Shown: positions 28,237-38,831 of the stretch, in pieces
Layout of the letters: each line of letters opens with the position of its first letter
How positions within the stretch are numbered: the first letter of the stretch is position 1
Assembly (NCBI GenBank): GCA_033764955.1
Contig: JANRIL010000042.1
Coordinates: 132,205-196,204 of the forward strand
Source: Cyanobacteriota bacterium
GTDB taxonomy: Bacteria > Cyanobacteriota > Cyanobacteriia > Thermostichales > Thermostichaceae
DNA length: 64,000 bases
Direction: 5' to 3'
The notes under the pieces: model-generated
What the model was told of the DNA's origin: nothing
Databases searched by the model: none
What the model saw: only the letters and a program-made list of their open reading frames with translations
Position numbers and translations under genes: made by a program

Positions 28237-28752
28237 TTACGTTACACGGCGAATATCCATGATCGTTCCCCGCAGATTATAGGTAAGGGTTTCCAGCTCC
28301 AAGGGAGTGCCAATTTTAATTTTGTTGTTGCCCAAAACCAGTCCATCCTTGGTTTGTTGGGCGTTTCCGGCCATCGTAATCACCAAATCAAGGCGATAGG
28401 CTTCCGGATCCGGCACCGATTGCACCGATCCATCGGGGAAAACCAAGGGAATTTTGCGGCTGACATCCTCAATCTGGATCACATCCACCTGTCCATAGGC
28501 TTGATTGCGAATAATCAGATTGGCTTTTTCTCCGGTTTTGAAGGGATCCAGGGAGCGGCTACTGATCCCTCGCACGATCATATCCACCTCCACGGGGAAG
28601 CTCTCTCCACCCCCCACTTGCACCACACTGCTGGCTTGCTTGCCGGGGAAAAATAAAACTCCAGCCATCGCCACCAGGATGATCAGTAAAGCACCGAGAT
28701 CCAGCAAGCTGACCTTACCGAGCAATCGCCCCCGTTCGTCAATTAGTTTCAT
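28237..28752 (-). CDS. DUF4330 domain protein
   Basis: 'LIDERGRLLGKVSLLDLGA', 'LVLGNNKIKIGTPLELE'. Confidence 0.8.
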   Translation of the reverse strand: MKLIDERGRLLGKVSLLDLGALLIILVAMAGVLFFPGKQASSVVQVGGGESFPVEVDMIVRGISSRSLDPFKTGEKANLIIRNQAYGQVDVIQIEDVSRKIPLVFPDGSVQSVPDPEAYRLDLVITMAGNAQQTKDGLVLGNNKIKIGTPLELETLTYNLRGTIMDIRRVT

Positions 28753-28784
28753 CGTTACCTCAACCCCTCTCTCACTTTTCCAAA

Positions 28785-29330
28785 TTACCTATCCACACGG
28801 TTATCTAAAAACTTGGGATTGGCTAGAGGGAGGCTGGCGGAGCGTTCTGGCATCGGTTGCAGTTGTCGCAACAATGTGGCCATTTCAATGGCGTTCATGG
28901 CGTAGTCCCAACCTTTATTACTTTTGATGCCTGCCCGCTCTAGTGCCTGCTGCATGGAATCGACCGTTAGAACCCCAAAAATCACCGGAACACCTGTCTG
29001 AAAAGCCGCCGCCGCAATTCCTTTGGCCACTTCCCCCGCCACATAGTCAAAATGGGGGGTTTGCCCGCGAATCACAGCTCCTAAACAGATAATGGCGTCA
29101 TACTGCCGCCCTTGCGCTAGCCGATGCGCCAGCAACGGGATCTCAAAGCTACCCGGAACCCAGTAATAGTCCACCTGGGATCCCTGGGGATCTACATCAA
29201 TGCCATGCCGCTTCAGGCCATCCTGACACCCCTGCAATAGCTTTTCGGTGATCAGGTCGTTAAACCGCCCAATCACTAAAGCCAAGCGCAAATCTTGGGT
29301 GTGGACAAAATTACCTTCAAAAACTGCCAT
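28785..29330 (-). CDS. ribH: 6,7-dimethyl-8-ribityllumazine synthase
   Basis: 'GRFNDLI', 'WVPGSFEIP', '[15 protein letters not shown]', 'RAGIKSNKG'. Confidence 0.98.
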   Translation of the reverse strand: MAVFEGNFVHTQDLRLALVIGRFNDLITEKLLQGCQDGLKRHGIDVDPQGSQVDYYWVPGSFEIPLLAHRLAQGRQYDAIICLGAVIRGQTPHFDYVAGEVAKGIAAAAFQTGVPVIFGVLTVDSMQQALERAGIKSNKGWDYAMNAIEMATLLRQLQPMPERSASLPLANPKFLDNRVDR

Positions 29331-29481
29331 GTCTCCTCAACCAGGATGTGGGTAGGGATCCCCTGAATAGGGGGATAGCCATGCTGAAATGCCGAGTATC
29401 CGTTTAGGGGATCGACCCACTGCTTATTTTCAAAGTATTTCCAAACGGAGTAGGTGAGTCATGCCAACTCAGGACAGGAGC

Positions 29482-29667
29482 CTATTTCAGGAAGTTGAGG
29501 ACGGCGACCCCCACCACCATACCCACCCAAAGGAGGGATCCCACCAAGATCACATTTTTGGCACGGCTCCAGTTGCTGGCGGAGCTGTAGAGTACCGGAA
29601 TGGCCACTACCAACAGGAGGCTGTAGAGGACAAAAACCAGCAGCGTCAACTGAAAAACTAACCCCAT
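29482..29667 (-). CDS. psbZ: Photosystem II protein Z
   Basis: '[33 protein letters not shown]...LW...V..LN'; upstream of ribH as in other cyanobacteria. Confidence 0.92.
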   Translation of the reverse strand: MGLVFQLTLLVFVLYSLLLVVAIPVLYSSASNWSRAKNVILVGSLLWVGMVVGVAVLNFLK

Positions 29668-29779
29668 CGCGTCTAACCCTCCCAAACATAATAAACTTAC
29701 CCTCTAGTCTCAAGCTACCAGATTGCGGTTCGCTTGATGCAGCAGGTTCGCGGAGAGGGCAGTGCTGAGTTAGCCTAAA

Positions 29780-30685
29780 ATGGGCAAGAAATCGGAGTTG
29801 CCAATGAGCCAATCGGATCCGTTTGATGAGGATGAGCAGAATTTACGGGATCCCCGCACGGGGGATCCCCCACGCCGCCCGATTCCTCCCCCCCTACCCA
29901 GTAGTACCAGCCGACCCCAGCCCCGTGAGGGGCAAGCCCTCGCCCCCCGTCGCCCCATCAGTCGAGATGGCTACAGTTCGGCGGGACGGGGCACCTATGG
30001 CGGATATGTGCCTGGTTCAAGCCGTGCTGCCTCGGGTTATGGTGGAGCCACAGTTCCTGAAACGGGATCCGGTCGCGGTAGTTTGATGCCGTCCAACCTA
30101 ACCGTGATTGCCCTGGTGGCCTTGATCGCCTTTTGTGGGGGGTTTGTGCTGCGTAACTTTTTTACCACCACCCCTACCACCTTTGATGAAGAACGCACCA
30201 TCAACGCCGATGACGTGCCGCCTGCTCTCCGCGAGTTTTGTTATGCCTACAATGGCTTGGCCTCGTTTACTGTGGTAGAGCTAACCAGTGTTTCTGCCTT
30301 AACGCTGGCCTCGGTGCCCATTGTTAAACTCAACACCTGCACCATTCCGGTCTCCCAAACCGCTAACGCTCTGCAACAACTGGGATTAACCAAACGGGCG
30401 CAAACCCTTGGCCCCCAATTGGGGGGATCCAACCTCACCCTGATTGAAACGCCCTTTGCCAACGCCCTCGCCCAAGCCATTGTCAGTCAATTCCCTGGCA
30501 TCGCCGGAGATGGATCCACCACTACGGATCCCGTGCAACAGGTGGAGGAAATCATTTCCCAAGCCCTGGAAAGTAATGGGGAGGGATTGGGGCTACAAAA
30601 TCTGGTAAAGACTAATTTATCGAATGTCTATGTGATGATCCCTGGTCATTCCTTCAACCTGCAACCGCAAATGATTGCTCAATAA
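29780..30685 (+). CDS. Hypothetical single-pass membrane protein (possibly distant DUF3172-like)
   Basis: Low-complexity N-terminus, one TM 'LTVIALVALIAFCGGFVL', two Cys in the C-terminal domain. Confidence 0.55.
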   Translation: MGKKSELPMSQSDPFDEDEQNLRDPRTGDPPRRPIPPPLPSSTSRPQPREGQALAPRRPISRDGYSSAGRGTYGGYVPGSSRAASGYGGATVPETGSGRGSLMPSNLTVIALVALIAFCGGFVLRNFFTTTPTTFDEERTINADDVPPALREFCYAYNGLASFTVVELTSVSALTLASVPIVKLNTCTIPVSQTANALQQLGLTKRAQTLGPQLGGSNLTLIETPFANALAQAIVSQFPGIAGDGSTTTDPVQQVEEIISQALESNGEGLGLQNLVKTNLSNVYVMIPGHSFNLQPQMIAQ

Positions 30686-30732
30686 AGTCGAGCTAGCCAT
30701 GCTTTTTCCGTTCCAGTTGGTCACCTAAGCCC

Positions 30733-31437
30733 ATGTCAAAGGGATGGTTCATCACCCTAGAGGGGGGAGAAGGGGCAGGGAAAACCACCCAACAGCGGTG
30801 TCTGGCTGCCCGTCTGACTGACCACGGCTATGCCTGTGTTTGTACCCATGAACCAGGGGGAACTCCCTTGGGTCAATCCCTGCGCCGCCTCTTGCTGGAT
30901 CACGGGGATGCCAGCATGGATCCCTATACTGAGCTTTTATTGTTTATTGCGGATCGCAATCAGCATGTGGTCTCGGTGATCAAACCCGCCTTAGCGGCGG
31001 GAAAAATTGTGCTTTGTGATCGGTTTATTGATTCCACGCGCGCCTATCAAGGGTATGGTCGGGGGTTGGATCCACGGTGGATTGAGGATCTCAATCAGTT
31101 AGCCCAACAGCAGATTGCTCCCCATCTCACCCTCTGGTTGGATGTCCCTTATCAAATAGGCTTACAACGCGCTCAAAAACGTCGGGATCCCAACAACACT
31201 ATTGATGGAGCAAAAAATAGCACAAATGATCGATCAAGCAATAGCTCAGTACTGGATCGAATGGAGCAAAGCAGTCTAGATTTTCACCAAAAGATTTATC
31301 AAGGATTTTCTAATTTAGCCAAACAATATTCCGAACGCATTCAACGTATTGATGGCCATCAACCTGTTGAGCAGGTGAGCGAACAAATCTGGCAGGTTGT
31401 CAGCAGCAAGTTGGGCATTTCGCAGAAAGGAAATTAG
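30733..31437 (+). CDS. tmk: Thymidylate kinase
   Basis: 'FITLEGGEGAGKTTQ', 'EPGGT', 'LCDRFIDSTRAYQGYGRG'. Confidence 0.97.
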   Translation: MSKGWFITLEGGEGAGKTTQQRCLAARLTDHGYACVCTHEPGGTPLGQSLRRLLLDHGDASMDPYTELLLFIADRNQHVVSVIKPALAAGKIVLCDRFIDSTRAYQGYGRGLDPRWIEDLNQLAQQQIAPHLTLWLDVPYQIGLQRAQKRRDPNNTIDGAKNSTNDRSSNSSVLDRMEQSSLDFHQKIYQGFSNLAKQYSERIQRIDGHQPVEQVSEQIWQVVSSKLGISQKGN

Positions 31438-31492
31438 AGGTTTTTTAGCCGGGATCCCCATCACGATCAACGACTGGATGAAAGGAGCCGGC

Positions 31493-32659
31493 TCAAACGG
31501 TTGTGTGGTCAGCTCCCACATCCTGCTCAGCATGGCTGGCTACTCGTGCCTCCTCTGGGGCTAGGGGAGGCATCGTATCGGCGGTCTTTGCCAACTCATA
31601 AAGACTCTTGATAACGCTAGTGAGAGGAATCGCCACAATCACCCCCAAAATCCCCCCCAATTGCGCTCCTGTCAAGAGGGCAATCAAAATCCAGAGGGGA
31701 TTGAGTCCGGTCAAATCACCCATGATGCGAGGGGCAATAAAGCGGTCTTTGATTTGCTGCACCACCAGCGACACCAGCACCACCTTCACCGCCAACCAGA
31801 TATCTTGAAAGGCCAGCACCAAGGCAGCCGCTCCGATCCCCACCACCCCACCCACCAGGGGAATGACCTCCAAGAGGCCAATCAACAACCCCAACAGCAG
31901 TCCAAAAGGTACCTTCAGGATCCCCAAAACCGGAATTAACATCAAACTCATGATCAGCCCCAACACCAGTTGGCTGATCAAAAAACTTTGAAAGCTAAGT
32001 GCCAAGGCTTCACCGATGCGGGGTCCCCAGGGATCCGGAATGAGGCTGAGCAACCCCTGCCAGAACCGCTCCCCGTAGAGCAGCATGTAAAGTGCCAACA
32101 CTAGCACCAGCACCAGATCCACCACCTGGTTAAAGGTTCCCAACAACAGATCGAGAGATTGCCCCGCCAGCCGTTCGGCACTCAATTGCAGGCGAGAAAT
32201 TAAGGTATCGACCAATTCAGTTTGCCCGAAGGGGATATTGCGCTCGTAGGCCCAATTGCTAAAGGTATCCAGCAATTCCTGCAATTTATCTACCCAGGAG
32301 GGAATGCGTGCCCCTAACTGCACCAATTGCTTAGCCAAAACCGGCACCACTGCTACCCCCACCAACACCAACAGCAGCACCGAGAGCGTAAACACAAGGG
32401 CAACCGCCCAACCGCGCCCAATTCGGTATTGCCGCAAAACCTGCACGGGATAGTTGAGCAAAAAAGCCAGCACCGCCGCCGTCAGAATCGTCGTGATGAG
32501 ATGCCCAAACGTCTGGCCAACTTTCATCGCCAGCCAACCACTGATCACAATCAAGATCCACGTCAGCAGGGTTCGTTGTAGGCGGGTCAATCGGTTCATA
32601 GCAGGGCGACCAAAACGGAATGGCAGAAGGCGCTCTGTTGGAAAGTGATCGTCGTTCAA
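31493..32659 (-). CDS. AI-2E family transporter
   Basis: 'LAFLLNYPV', 'QQIKDRFIAPRIMGDLTGLNP', 'GILGVIVAIP'. Confidence 0.9.
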   Translation of the reverse strand: MNDDHFPTERLLPFRFGRPAMNRLTRLQRTLLTWILIVISGWLAMKVGQTFGHLITTILTAAVLAFLLNYPVQVLRQYRIGRGWAVALVFTLSVLLLVLVGVAVVPVLAKQLVQLGARIPSWVDKLQELLDTFSNWAYERNIPFGQTELVDTLISRLQLSAERLAGQSLDLLLGTFNQVVDLVLVLVLALYMLLYGERFWQGLLSLIPDPWGPRIGEALALSFQSFLISQLVLGLIMSLMLIPVLGILKVPFGLLLGLLIGLLEVIPLVGGVVGIGAAALVLAFQDIWLAVKVVLVSLVVQQIKDRFIAPRIMGDLTGLNPLWILIALLTGAQLGGILGVIVAIPLTSVIKSLYELAKTADTMPPLAPEEARVASHAEQDVGADHTTV

Positions 32660-32662
32660 GGG

Positions 32663-33439
32663 CTAGATCCCCAGGATACTGTAGCCATTATCGACGTAGA
32701 TGATCTGTCCCGTGATGCCGCTCGCCAAATCACTGGCCAAAAAGGCAGCGGTGTTGCCCACCTCAATTTGGTCGATATTGCGCCGCAGGGGAGCTTTTTC
32801 TTCGACGGCGCGCAGCATTGAGTGAAAATCAGAAATCGCGGAGGAAGCGAGGGTACGCAGCGGCCCTGCTGAAATGCCATTGACACGGATCCCTTGCGGG
32901 CCAAGCTCCGCCGCCAGATAACGCACACAGGCTTCTAGTCCTGCTTTGGTGACCGCCGCCATGTTGTAGTTGGGCACCACTCTCACGCCACCCAGATAGC
33001 TGAGGGTCAAGACGCTGCTCCCCTCCCGTAGCAAGGGTTTGGCGGCTTTGCAGAGGGCAATCAACGAAAAGGTGCTGACATCCATGGCTAGGGCAAACCC
33101 CGCCCGCGAAATCTCCGAAAAATCTCCCGAAAGCTCTTCTTTTTTGACAAAGGCAAGACAATGGACAAGGATGTCCAAATGTCCCCATTTTTGGCCGATG
33201 GCGGCAAACAGATCGCTGATCTGCTGATCCTCTTGCACGTCACAGGGAAGTAAGAAATCGGGTTGCAGGGGTTCGGTGAGAGCTTGCACTTTGGCTTTGA
33301 AGCGATCCCGCTCGTCCGGTAGATAGGTTACGCCTAGACTTGCCCCCGCTTGATGCAACTGTTGAGCAATCCCCCAGGCAATTGAGCGGTCGTTAGCAAT
33401 GCCCGTGACGAGGGCTTTTTTTCCGGTGAGATTGAGCAT
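32663..33439 (-). CDS. fabI: Enoyl-ACP reductase
   Basis: 'GKKALVTGIANDRSIAWGIA', 'YNMAAVTKAGLE', 'VNGISAGPLRTLASSAI'. Confidence 0.96.
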   Translation of the reverse strand: MLNLTGKKALVTGIANDRSIAWGIAQQLHQAGASLGVTYLPDERDRFKAKVQALTEPLQPDFLLPCDVQEDQQISDLFAAIGQKWGHLDILVHCLAFVKKEELSGDFSEISRAGFALAMDVSTFSLIALCKAAKPLLREGSSVLTLSYLGGVRVVPNYNMAAVTKAGLEACVRYLAAELGPQGIRVNGISAGPLRTLASSAISDFHSMLRAVEEKAPLRRNIDQIEVGNTAAFLASDLASGITGQIIYVDNGYSILGI

Positions 33440-33467
33440 ATGGCGTCTATCTAACAGGCTTCTCAGT

Positions 33468-34703
33468 CTACCATGCGGAAGGGATCCCACCTTTGCCTAG
33501 GACATCAGCCAGCCTTTCGTACTCATGGGGCTGGTTATAAACCTGGGCAGAAATCCGCAACCACAGCCGGTCTTGAAAAGAATACACCGGCACTTCGATG
33601 CGGTGCTGCTGCCACAGCCAATCGTGAATCTGCTGAGCCAGTTGGGATAGGCTGGCCTGTGGGGGGACAGGCATCTGTTGCGGATCCAAAGGTATCGCCA
33701 CCATCGATCCCAACATTCCCACAGGGGCGGGGAGCGGGGATCCCCAAGCGCGGCTCAAATGCTCTCCCGCCCAGAGCGCCAAGGCTTGGTTATGTTGACG
33801 GATAGCGGCGGATCCCAGGTGATGCTGAAACTCGATAGCAGCGCTCACGGCCAACCAACTGCTGGGATCCTTTGTGCCCACCCAATCAAACTCGGCCAGA
33901 TAACCGGATCCGTAGCCATGAGAAATCACCGTGGGGTGGGTTTGAGCCTGGTGCTGAGGGTGAGTCCACAAAAATCCACAGCCTTTGGGGGCACAGAGCC
34001 ATTTGTGGGCGTTGCCCACATACCAATCGGCGGCTAGGTTCTCCAAATCAAGAGGAATCATCCCCGGCGCATGGGCACCATCCACCAACACCGGGATCCC
34101 TTGTGCCCGACACAGGCTGATCATCTGGGCAATCGGGAAAATCAAGCCGGAAGCGGACGTGATATGGTCGAAAACCGCCAAGCGGGTTTGGGGGGTAAGA
34201 ACCGCAGCCCAAGCGGTCAGAATGTCCCGCTCATCCCGCAAAGGGAAGGGAATATGAGCCAAATCTAAGCCATAACCATGGCGTTGCGCCAGGTAGGTGA
34301 GGGTTTGTCCCACCGCTCCATACAGATGGTCAGTTGCCGCCACCCTATCCCCAGCGTGCCAATCCAAGCCGCGCAAAACCGCATTCACTCCCGTTGTAGC
34401 ATTGTCTACAAACACCAGATTTTCCGGTCGAGATCCTACAAACTCTGCCAGCACCGCCGCCGCTTGCCGCTGCAAATCCGGTAATTCTCCAGCCAAAAAC
34501 AGCACGGGTTGCCGTTCCATCCGTTCTCGCCATGCCGCTTGCGCCGCCAAGACAGGCGAGGGAGTAGCTCCAAAGGAGCCGTGGTTGAGAAAGATCGCCT
34601 CTTCATCCAACCGCCAATAGTGGCGAACCTTGGCTCCAAACGGAAATCGACCCAGCTCGATGCGCGGGTCATTCGATCCTTCTGGCCTCGCCTCTTGATC
34701 CAT
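33468..34703 (-). CDS. Class V PLP enzyme (isopenicillin N epimerase / Egt2-like C-S lyase family)
   Basis: 'FLNHGSFGATP', 'NATTGVN', 'DHITS', 'VDGAHAPG', 'GNAHKWLCAPKG', 'RISAQVYN'. Confidence 0.88.
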   Translation of the reverse strand: MDQEARPEGSNDPRIELGRFPFGAKVRHYWRLDEEAIFLNHGSFGATPSPVLAAQAAWRERMERQPVLFLAGELPDLQRQAAAVLAEFVGSRPENLVFVDNATTGVNAVLRGLDWHAGDRVAATDHLYGAVGQTLTYLAQRHGYGLDLAHIPFPLRDERDILTAWAAVLTPQTRLAVFDHITSASGLIFPIAQMISLCRAQGIPVLVDGAHAPGMIPLDLENLAADWYVGNAHKWLCAPKGCGFLWTHPQHQAQTHPTVISHGYGSGYLAEFDWVGTKDPSSWLAVSAAIEFQHHLGSAAIRQHNQALALWAGEHLSRAWGSPLPAPVGMLGSMVAIPLDPQQMPVPPQASLSQLAQQIHDWLWQQHRIEVPVYSFQDRLWLRISAQVYNQPHEYERLADVLGKGGIPSAW

Positions 34704-34711
34704 AGATTCTC

Positions 34712-36298
34712 TTACCCTCCATCGGGAAACTCTGGATCGGGACGGATTTGCACCTCCAGTTGCCGCAATAGCCGCAGTGATTCTTCGGGGCCATCAATTT
34801 GTTCGGCCTCCGTCAGCCAGTAGGTGGAGATATTCAAATCCCGTAGAAAGTCGATAAACTCCCCCAGTGGAGGACGGTCAAACACCGCCGCCTTCGCCAC
34901 CTGATAGCCCTGATCCAACCAGGGGGTGAGGGCGAACCGTTCATAAAACAGCAGTTGACCCACCACCTCCTGCATCGATTCCGCCACATCCTGCTGGAAT
35001 AACAGCTTCACCTCTGCCAAAACCAGGCGATGATCCGTCACCGCCAGGAAGTCAAAATAGTAAGGATCCTCCCGCACCTCCAAACCTGCCAAGCGAAACC
35101 AACGGCGGAAGTGGTGGAGAATCTGGTTGTGGCGTTCGCTGCGCTCCAGTTGCCGCCGCCGCCGTCGCTCCGCCATCAAGGGATCCCCGCTACTGGCAGT
35201 TGGCAAACCACTGGCTCGAAACTGGGGACGCTCATCGGGATCCAACACGATCCGCCCCCCCACCGGGGGATGCAGCAAGGAGGGCATGCGCGGCAATAGA
35301 TTAATCGATTCCGGGGGTTGGGGTTGCTCAGCCTGCTGCAAAACCTGGCGATTCAGCCAGCTTTCGGGATTGAGATCAAACAGAGTACGAAACTGCGCCA
35401 GCGAGAAATTGAGATCGAGGCGGAAATGTTCGGGGCTGATGGTGCTGCGTCCCTGTTGTAACTCGTCATGCCCAAAATAAATCATCACCAAGAGGGGATA
35501 GATGGGAATCGGGCGATGACGGGGAATCAACCGTCCCCAAATGGCCTCCGTCCAGGGCACCTGCAACACTTCCGCCTGTTTGCCTTTGCCAATCACCTGC
35601 AACATCTTGGGATAACCGGGCTGCCAACCACAGGGATGATCATCAAACCCACAGGTCTGTCGCCCCTGATCCACCGTCAGGGGAAACCGCCCATCATAAA
35701 GACGGAAGGGGCAGAGATCGCGGTCTTCCGCCAAAAAAGTTTCCTCCTGCCAGAGATGGGCAGCCAAGGCATGACAGCCAACCCCTTCCTGGCTATTGCA
35801 GGCTTTGAACCAGCGCCGTTCTGTCAGTTTTCCCCCCACCCGACAGGGAGCTAACGGTTGTACCAATCCCCACTCCCCTTGGTTAAAGAGTGGCCAGACG
35901 AGGGCTTCCCCCGCTTTGGATCCCCAGCTTTCAGGGAGGGTGGGTAAGCAGGTATGGGATTTGGTATAGAAGGGATCACAGATATCTTGAGCCACCTTCT
36001 GCACAGGCATTCCATGGGGGGATCCCACCCACGGGAGTTGGGGCTGATGACTGGCTTGGGTGCGGTGATATTGGATGGCGAGGGCTACCTCCACCCCAAT
36101 ACTACGCAGTTCGGGAGTATTTTGGCGATAGCGTTGCAGTAGCCGCGAGGACTGCACATAGAGGTCATAGCGCTCAACCGAAATCCCCAACATAGGCATA
36201 TCTTTAGATGCAGAGAGTGCCTCAATCTCAAGCGACCGGAGAACGGCTTTGGCTCCCCATGCTAAGCCAGAAGGGGTAGAACCCGTCAGGGGTATCAC
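34712..36298 (-). CDS. Uncharacterised protein with Cys-rich N-terminal region and C-terminal PD-(D/E)XK nuclease-like domain (start uncertain)
   Basis: 'HNQIL...EVRED..FDFLAV.....LAEVK...QEVVGQLLFYE'. Confidence 0.65.
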   Translation of the reverse strand: MIPLTGSTPSGLAWGAKAVLRSLEIEALSASKDMPMLGISVERYDLYVQSSRLLQRYRQNTPELRSIGVEVALAIQYHRTQASHQPQLPWVGSPHGMPVQKVAQDICDPFYTKSHTCLPTLPESWGSKAGEALVWPLFNQGEWGLVQPLAPCRVGGKLTERRWFKACNSQEGVGCHALAAHLWQEETFLAEDRDLCPFRLYDGRFPLTVDQGRQTCGFDDHPCGWQPGYPKMLQVIGKGKQAEVLQVPWTEAIWGRLIPRHRPIPIYPLLVMIYFGHDELQQGRSTISPEHFRLDLNFSLAQFRTLFDLNPESWLNRQVLQQAEQPQPPESINLLPRMPSLLHPPVGGRIVLDPDERPQFRASGLPTASSGDPLMAERRRRRQLERSERHNQILHHFRRWFRLAGLEVREDPYYFDFLAVTDHRLVLAEVKLLFQQDVAESMQEVVGQLLFYERFALTPWLDQGYQVAKAAVFDRPPLGEFIDFLRDLNISTYWLTEAEQIDGPEESLRLLRQLEVQIRPDPEFPDGG

Positions 36299-36518
36299 CC
36301 CCTATCTGACCCATTTTCTGTATCTGAATCTTCATGTGTCAGTGTAGTGGAGAAATCGGTGGGCGAGAAGAGAGCCGCAGGGATCCCTTGCTGAGCGCTT
36401 GCCAGATGGGGGAGTTATTCAAGAGAGGGGGATGGAGCGGCAAAGGCAACGTCCCTTGCCCTCTGGTAGGCGACTAGGTAAAGTAGTACAGCACGGATCT
36501 GAAAAAGTAGAGGATCGA

Positions 36519-36851
36519 ATGGGCAAAGGTTTTGGGCCTTTTGGCAAAATTCAGGAAGCCCTGAAGAAAGCACAACAAGTGCGGGATGGCGCGCAAAAGC
36601 TCCAGCAAGAACTAGAAGCCATGGAAGTGGTGGGCGAAGCGGGCAATGGCCTGGTGAAAATCACCGTCAGTGGCAACCAAGAGCCTCGCAAGGTATCCCT
36701 CGATCCGGAAGTATTGAAGGAAGCCCCTGATGTGATCGAAGACTTGCTCTTGACGGCGATGGTGGATGCCTACACCCGCTCCTCAGAAACGATGCGTCAG
36801 CGCATGGAAGAATTAACGGGCGATATCAGCTTGCCTGGGCTGGGTCTCTAA
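36519..36851 (+). CDS. ybaB: YbaB/EbfC nucleoid-associated protein
   Basis: 'KKAQQV..GAQKLQQEL', 'GLVKITVSGNQEP'; upstream of recR. Confidence 0.93.
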   Translation: MGKGFGPFGKIQEALKKAQQVRDGAQKLQQELEAMEVVGEAGNGLVKITVSGNQEPRKVSLDPEVLKEAPDVIEDLLLTAMVDAYTRSSETMRQRMEELTGDISLPGLGL

Positions 36852-36950
36852 ACAACCCCTGCTCTGCCCTCATACCAAGCCCAATACGCAAGAAAAACCT
36901 AATATCACGAACAAAGGGGCTGGTCGGCGGATGGCTCCTGCAAAGGTGCT

Positions 36951-37550
36951 ATGTATACTCGCCCACTGGCTCGCCTGATCGAAGAATTGCAACGCCTTCC
37001 GGGAATTGGGTCAAAGACGGCTCAACGCCTAGCCCTCCACCTACTCAACCGTCCTACGGCTGAGATCGAAGCCCTTGCCCAAGCTCTTTTAGAAGCCAAG
37101 CAAACCATCAAACACTGCTCCATCTGCTTTAACTGGTCCGCCGAGGATCCCTGCGAGATTTGCCGTTCCCCGCAACGGGATCCCCAGATTTGCTGTGTGG
37201 TGGCGGAGTCGAAGGATGTAATTGCCCTCGAGCGCACCCGCGAGTTTAAGGGGCGCTACCACATTTTGGGAGGGTTGATTTCTCCCATGAATGGGATTGG
37301 GGCCGATCAGTTGCATGTGCGGGAATTGGTGCAGCGGGTGGCTCGTGAGTCTCCCCAAGAGGTGATTTTTGCCATCAGTCCCAGCGTCGAGGGAGAAGTG
37401 ACCATGCATGTTGTGGCGGACTACCTCAAGCAACTCAAACCGGATCTCCGCATGACCCACTTGGCCTTTGGCTTGCCGATGGGATCCGACCTAGAATATG
37501 CCGATGAAGTCACCCTCTCCCGCGCCCTAGAAGCCCGCCGCGAGATTTAG
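36951..37550 (+). CDS. recR: Recombination protein RecR
   Basis: '[13 protein letters not shown]', C4 zinc finger, '[13 protein letters not shown]', 'LEYADEVTL'. Confidence 0.98.
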   Translation: MYTRPLARLIEELQRLPGIGSKTAQRLALHLLNRPTAEIEALAQALLEAKQTIKHCSICFNWSAEDPCEICRSPQRDPQICCVVAESKDVIALERTREFKGRYHILGGLISPMNGIGADQLHVRELVQRVARESPQEVIFAISPSVEGEVTMHVVADYLKQLKPDLRMTHLAFGLPMGSDLEYADEVTLSRALEARREI

Positions 37551-37643
37551 CACCAGAGGGAATACCCCCTGTTTGCGATCAAACCACAGTAAGATCAATA
37601 GCGATTGATGAAGTTCCCCCTGTGGGCAGGTTGAGAGGATCAC

Positions 37644-38192
37644 GTGAAACTACCCGAAGTCGAAGAACTGATGCAAAAGGCGATTCAGTCTACCCAGCGC
37701 TCCTTTAACACGGTGCGGACGGGGCGAGCCAGTCCCGCGTTGTTGGATCGGATTCAGGTGGAATATTATGGGGTTCCGACCGGACTCAAATCCCTTGCCA
37801 ACATTGCCACCCCTGACTCCAGCACGATCACTATTCAACCTTTTGACCGCACCACACTAGCCGCCATTGAGCGAGCCATCTCGATGTCAGATTTGGGTCT
37901 GACTCCTGGCAACGATGGCACTCTGATTCGCTTAAACATTCCTCCCCTCACGGAAGAACGGCGTAAAGAACTGAGCAAAGCGGTAGCCAAGCTAGCAGAA
38001 GAAGGACGGGTATCCATTCGCAATGTGCGGCGAGACGCCATTGATAGCATTCGTAAACAAGAGAAGAAGGCGGAGATCTCGGAGGATGAATCCACCTCCC
38101 TGCAAGCGGAAATTCAAAAATTAACTGACCGCTACACCAAAAAAGTCGATGAACTGTTAGCCGAAAAAGAGAAAGAAATCAGCACGGTTTAG
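37644..38192 (+). CDS. frr: Ribosome recycling factor
   Basis: '[12 protein letters not shown]', '[12 protein letters not shown]', 'IRNVRRDA'. Confidence 0.98.
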   Translation: MKLPEVEELMQKAIQSTQRSFNTVRTGRASPALLDRIQVEYYGVPTGLKSLANIATPDSSTITIQPFDRTTLAAIERAISMSDLGLTPGNDGTLIRLNIPPLTEERRKELSKAVAKLAEEGRVSIRNVRRDAIDSIRKQEKKAEISEDESTSLQAEIQKLTDRYTKKVDELLAEKEKEISTV

Positions 38193-38372
38193 CCCCTCCT
38201 TCCAAATTCTCAGGAAACAATAGGGATCCCTTCTGCTGGCGGATTGGATCCATAGTTGCTATGGGAGTTAGGGCGTCACTGGCTCCCTTCTCGAAAGATT
38301 AATGCTAGGCTAAGAGAGATGGAGTGGTTCTCTTTCTCATACTCTCTTTGAATAAGTTCTGAGACTCAGTCT

Positions 38373-38822
38373 ATGGCTCAACCGATTACCTCGCTTGAAG
38401 CCGCTTTTGACTATTGCCGTGAGCAAAACCTTCGCCTCAGTCGTCAACGGCGCTTTATTCTAGAACTCCTATGGCAGTGTGAGGAGCATCTTTCTGCCCG
38501 CGAAATTTATGACCGCCTCAACCAGCAGGGTAAGCCGATTGGTCATACCTCGGTCTATCAAAACCTAGAGGCTCTGGCCAGCCATGAGGTGATTGAGTGT
38601 CTGGATCGGGCGGAGGGACGCCGTTATGGCAACCGTACCCATCCCCACAGCCATGTCAACTGCCTAGATACGCAACGGATTATGGATGTGGAGATCAGTC
38701 TGCCCCGAGAACTGTTGCAGGATGTCGAGGCCAAAACGGGTACCAAAATCCAGAGCTATCGGATTGAGTTTTATGGGCTTGAAGGCCACTCATCGGCTGT
38801 GTCATCATCGGTCAGCGCTTAA
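38373..38822 (+). CDS. furC: Fur-family regulator, FurC/PerR type
   Basis: 'RLSRQRRFILELLWQ..EHLSAREIYDRLNQQGK.IGHTSVYQNLEAL', 'HSHVNCLDT', as I recall for Anabaena FurC. Confidence 0.85.
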   Translation: MAQPITSLEAAFDYCREQNLRLSRQRRFILELLWQCEEHLSAREIYDRLNQQGKPIGHTSVYQNLEALASHEVIECLDRAEGRRYGNRTHPHSHVNCLDTQRIMDVEISLPRELLQDVEAKTGTKIQSYRIEFYGLEGHSSAVSSSVSA

Positions 38823-38831
38823 GGATTTTGG

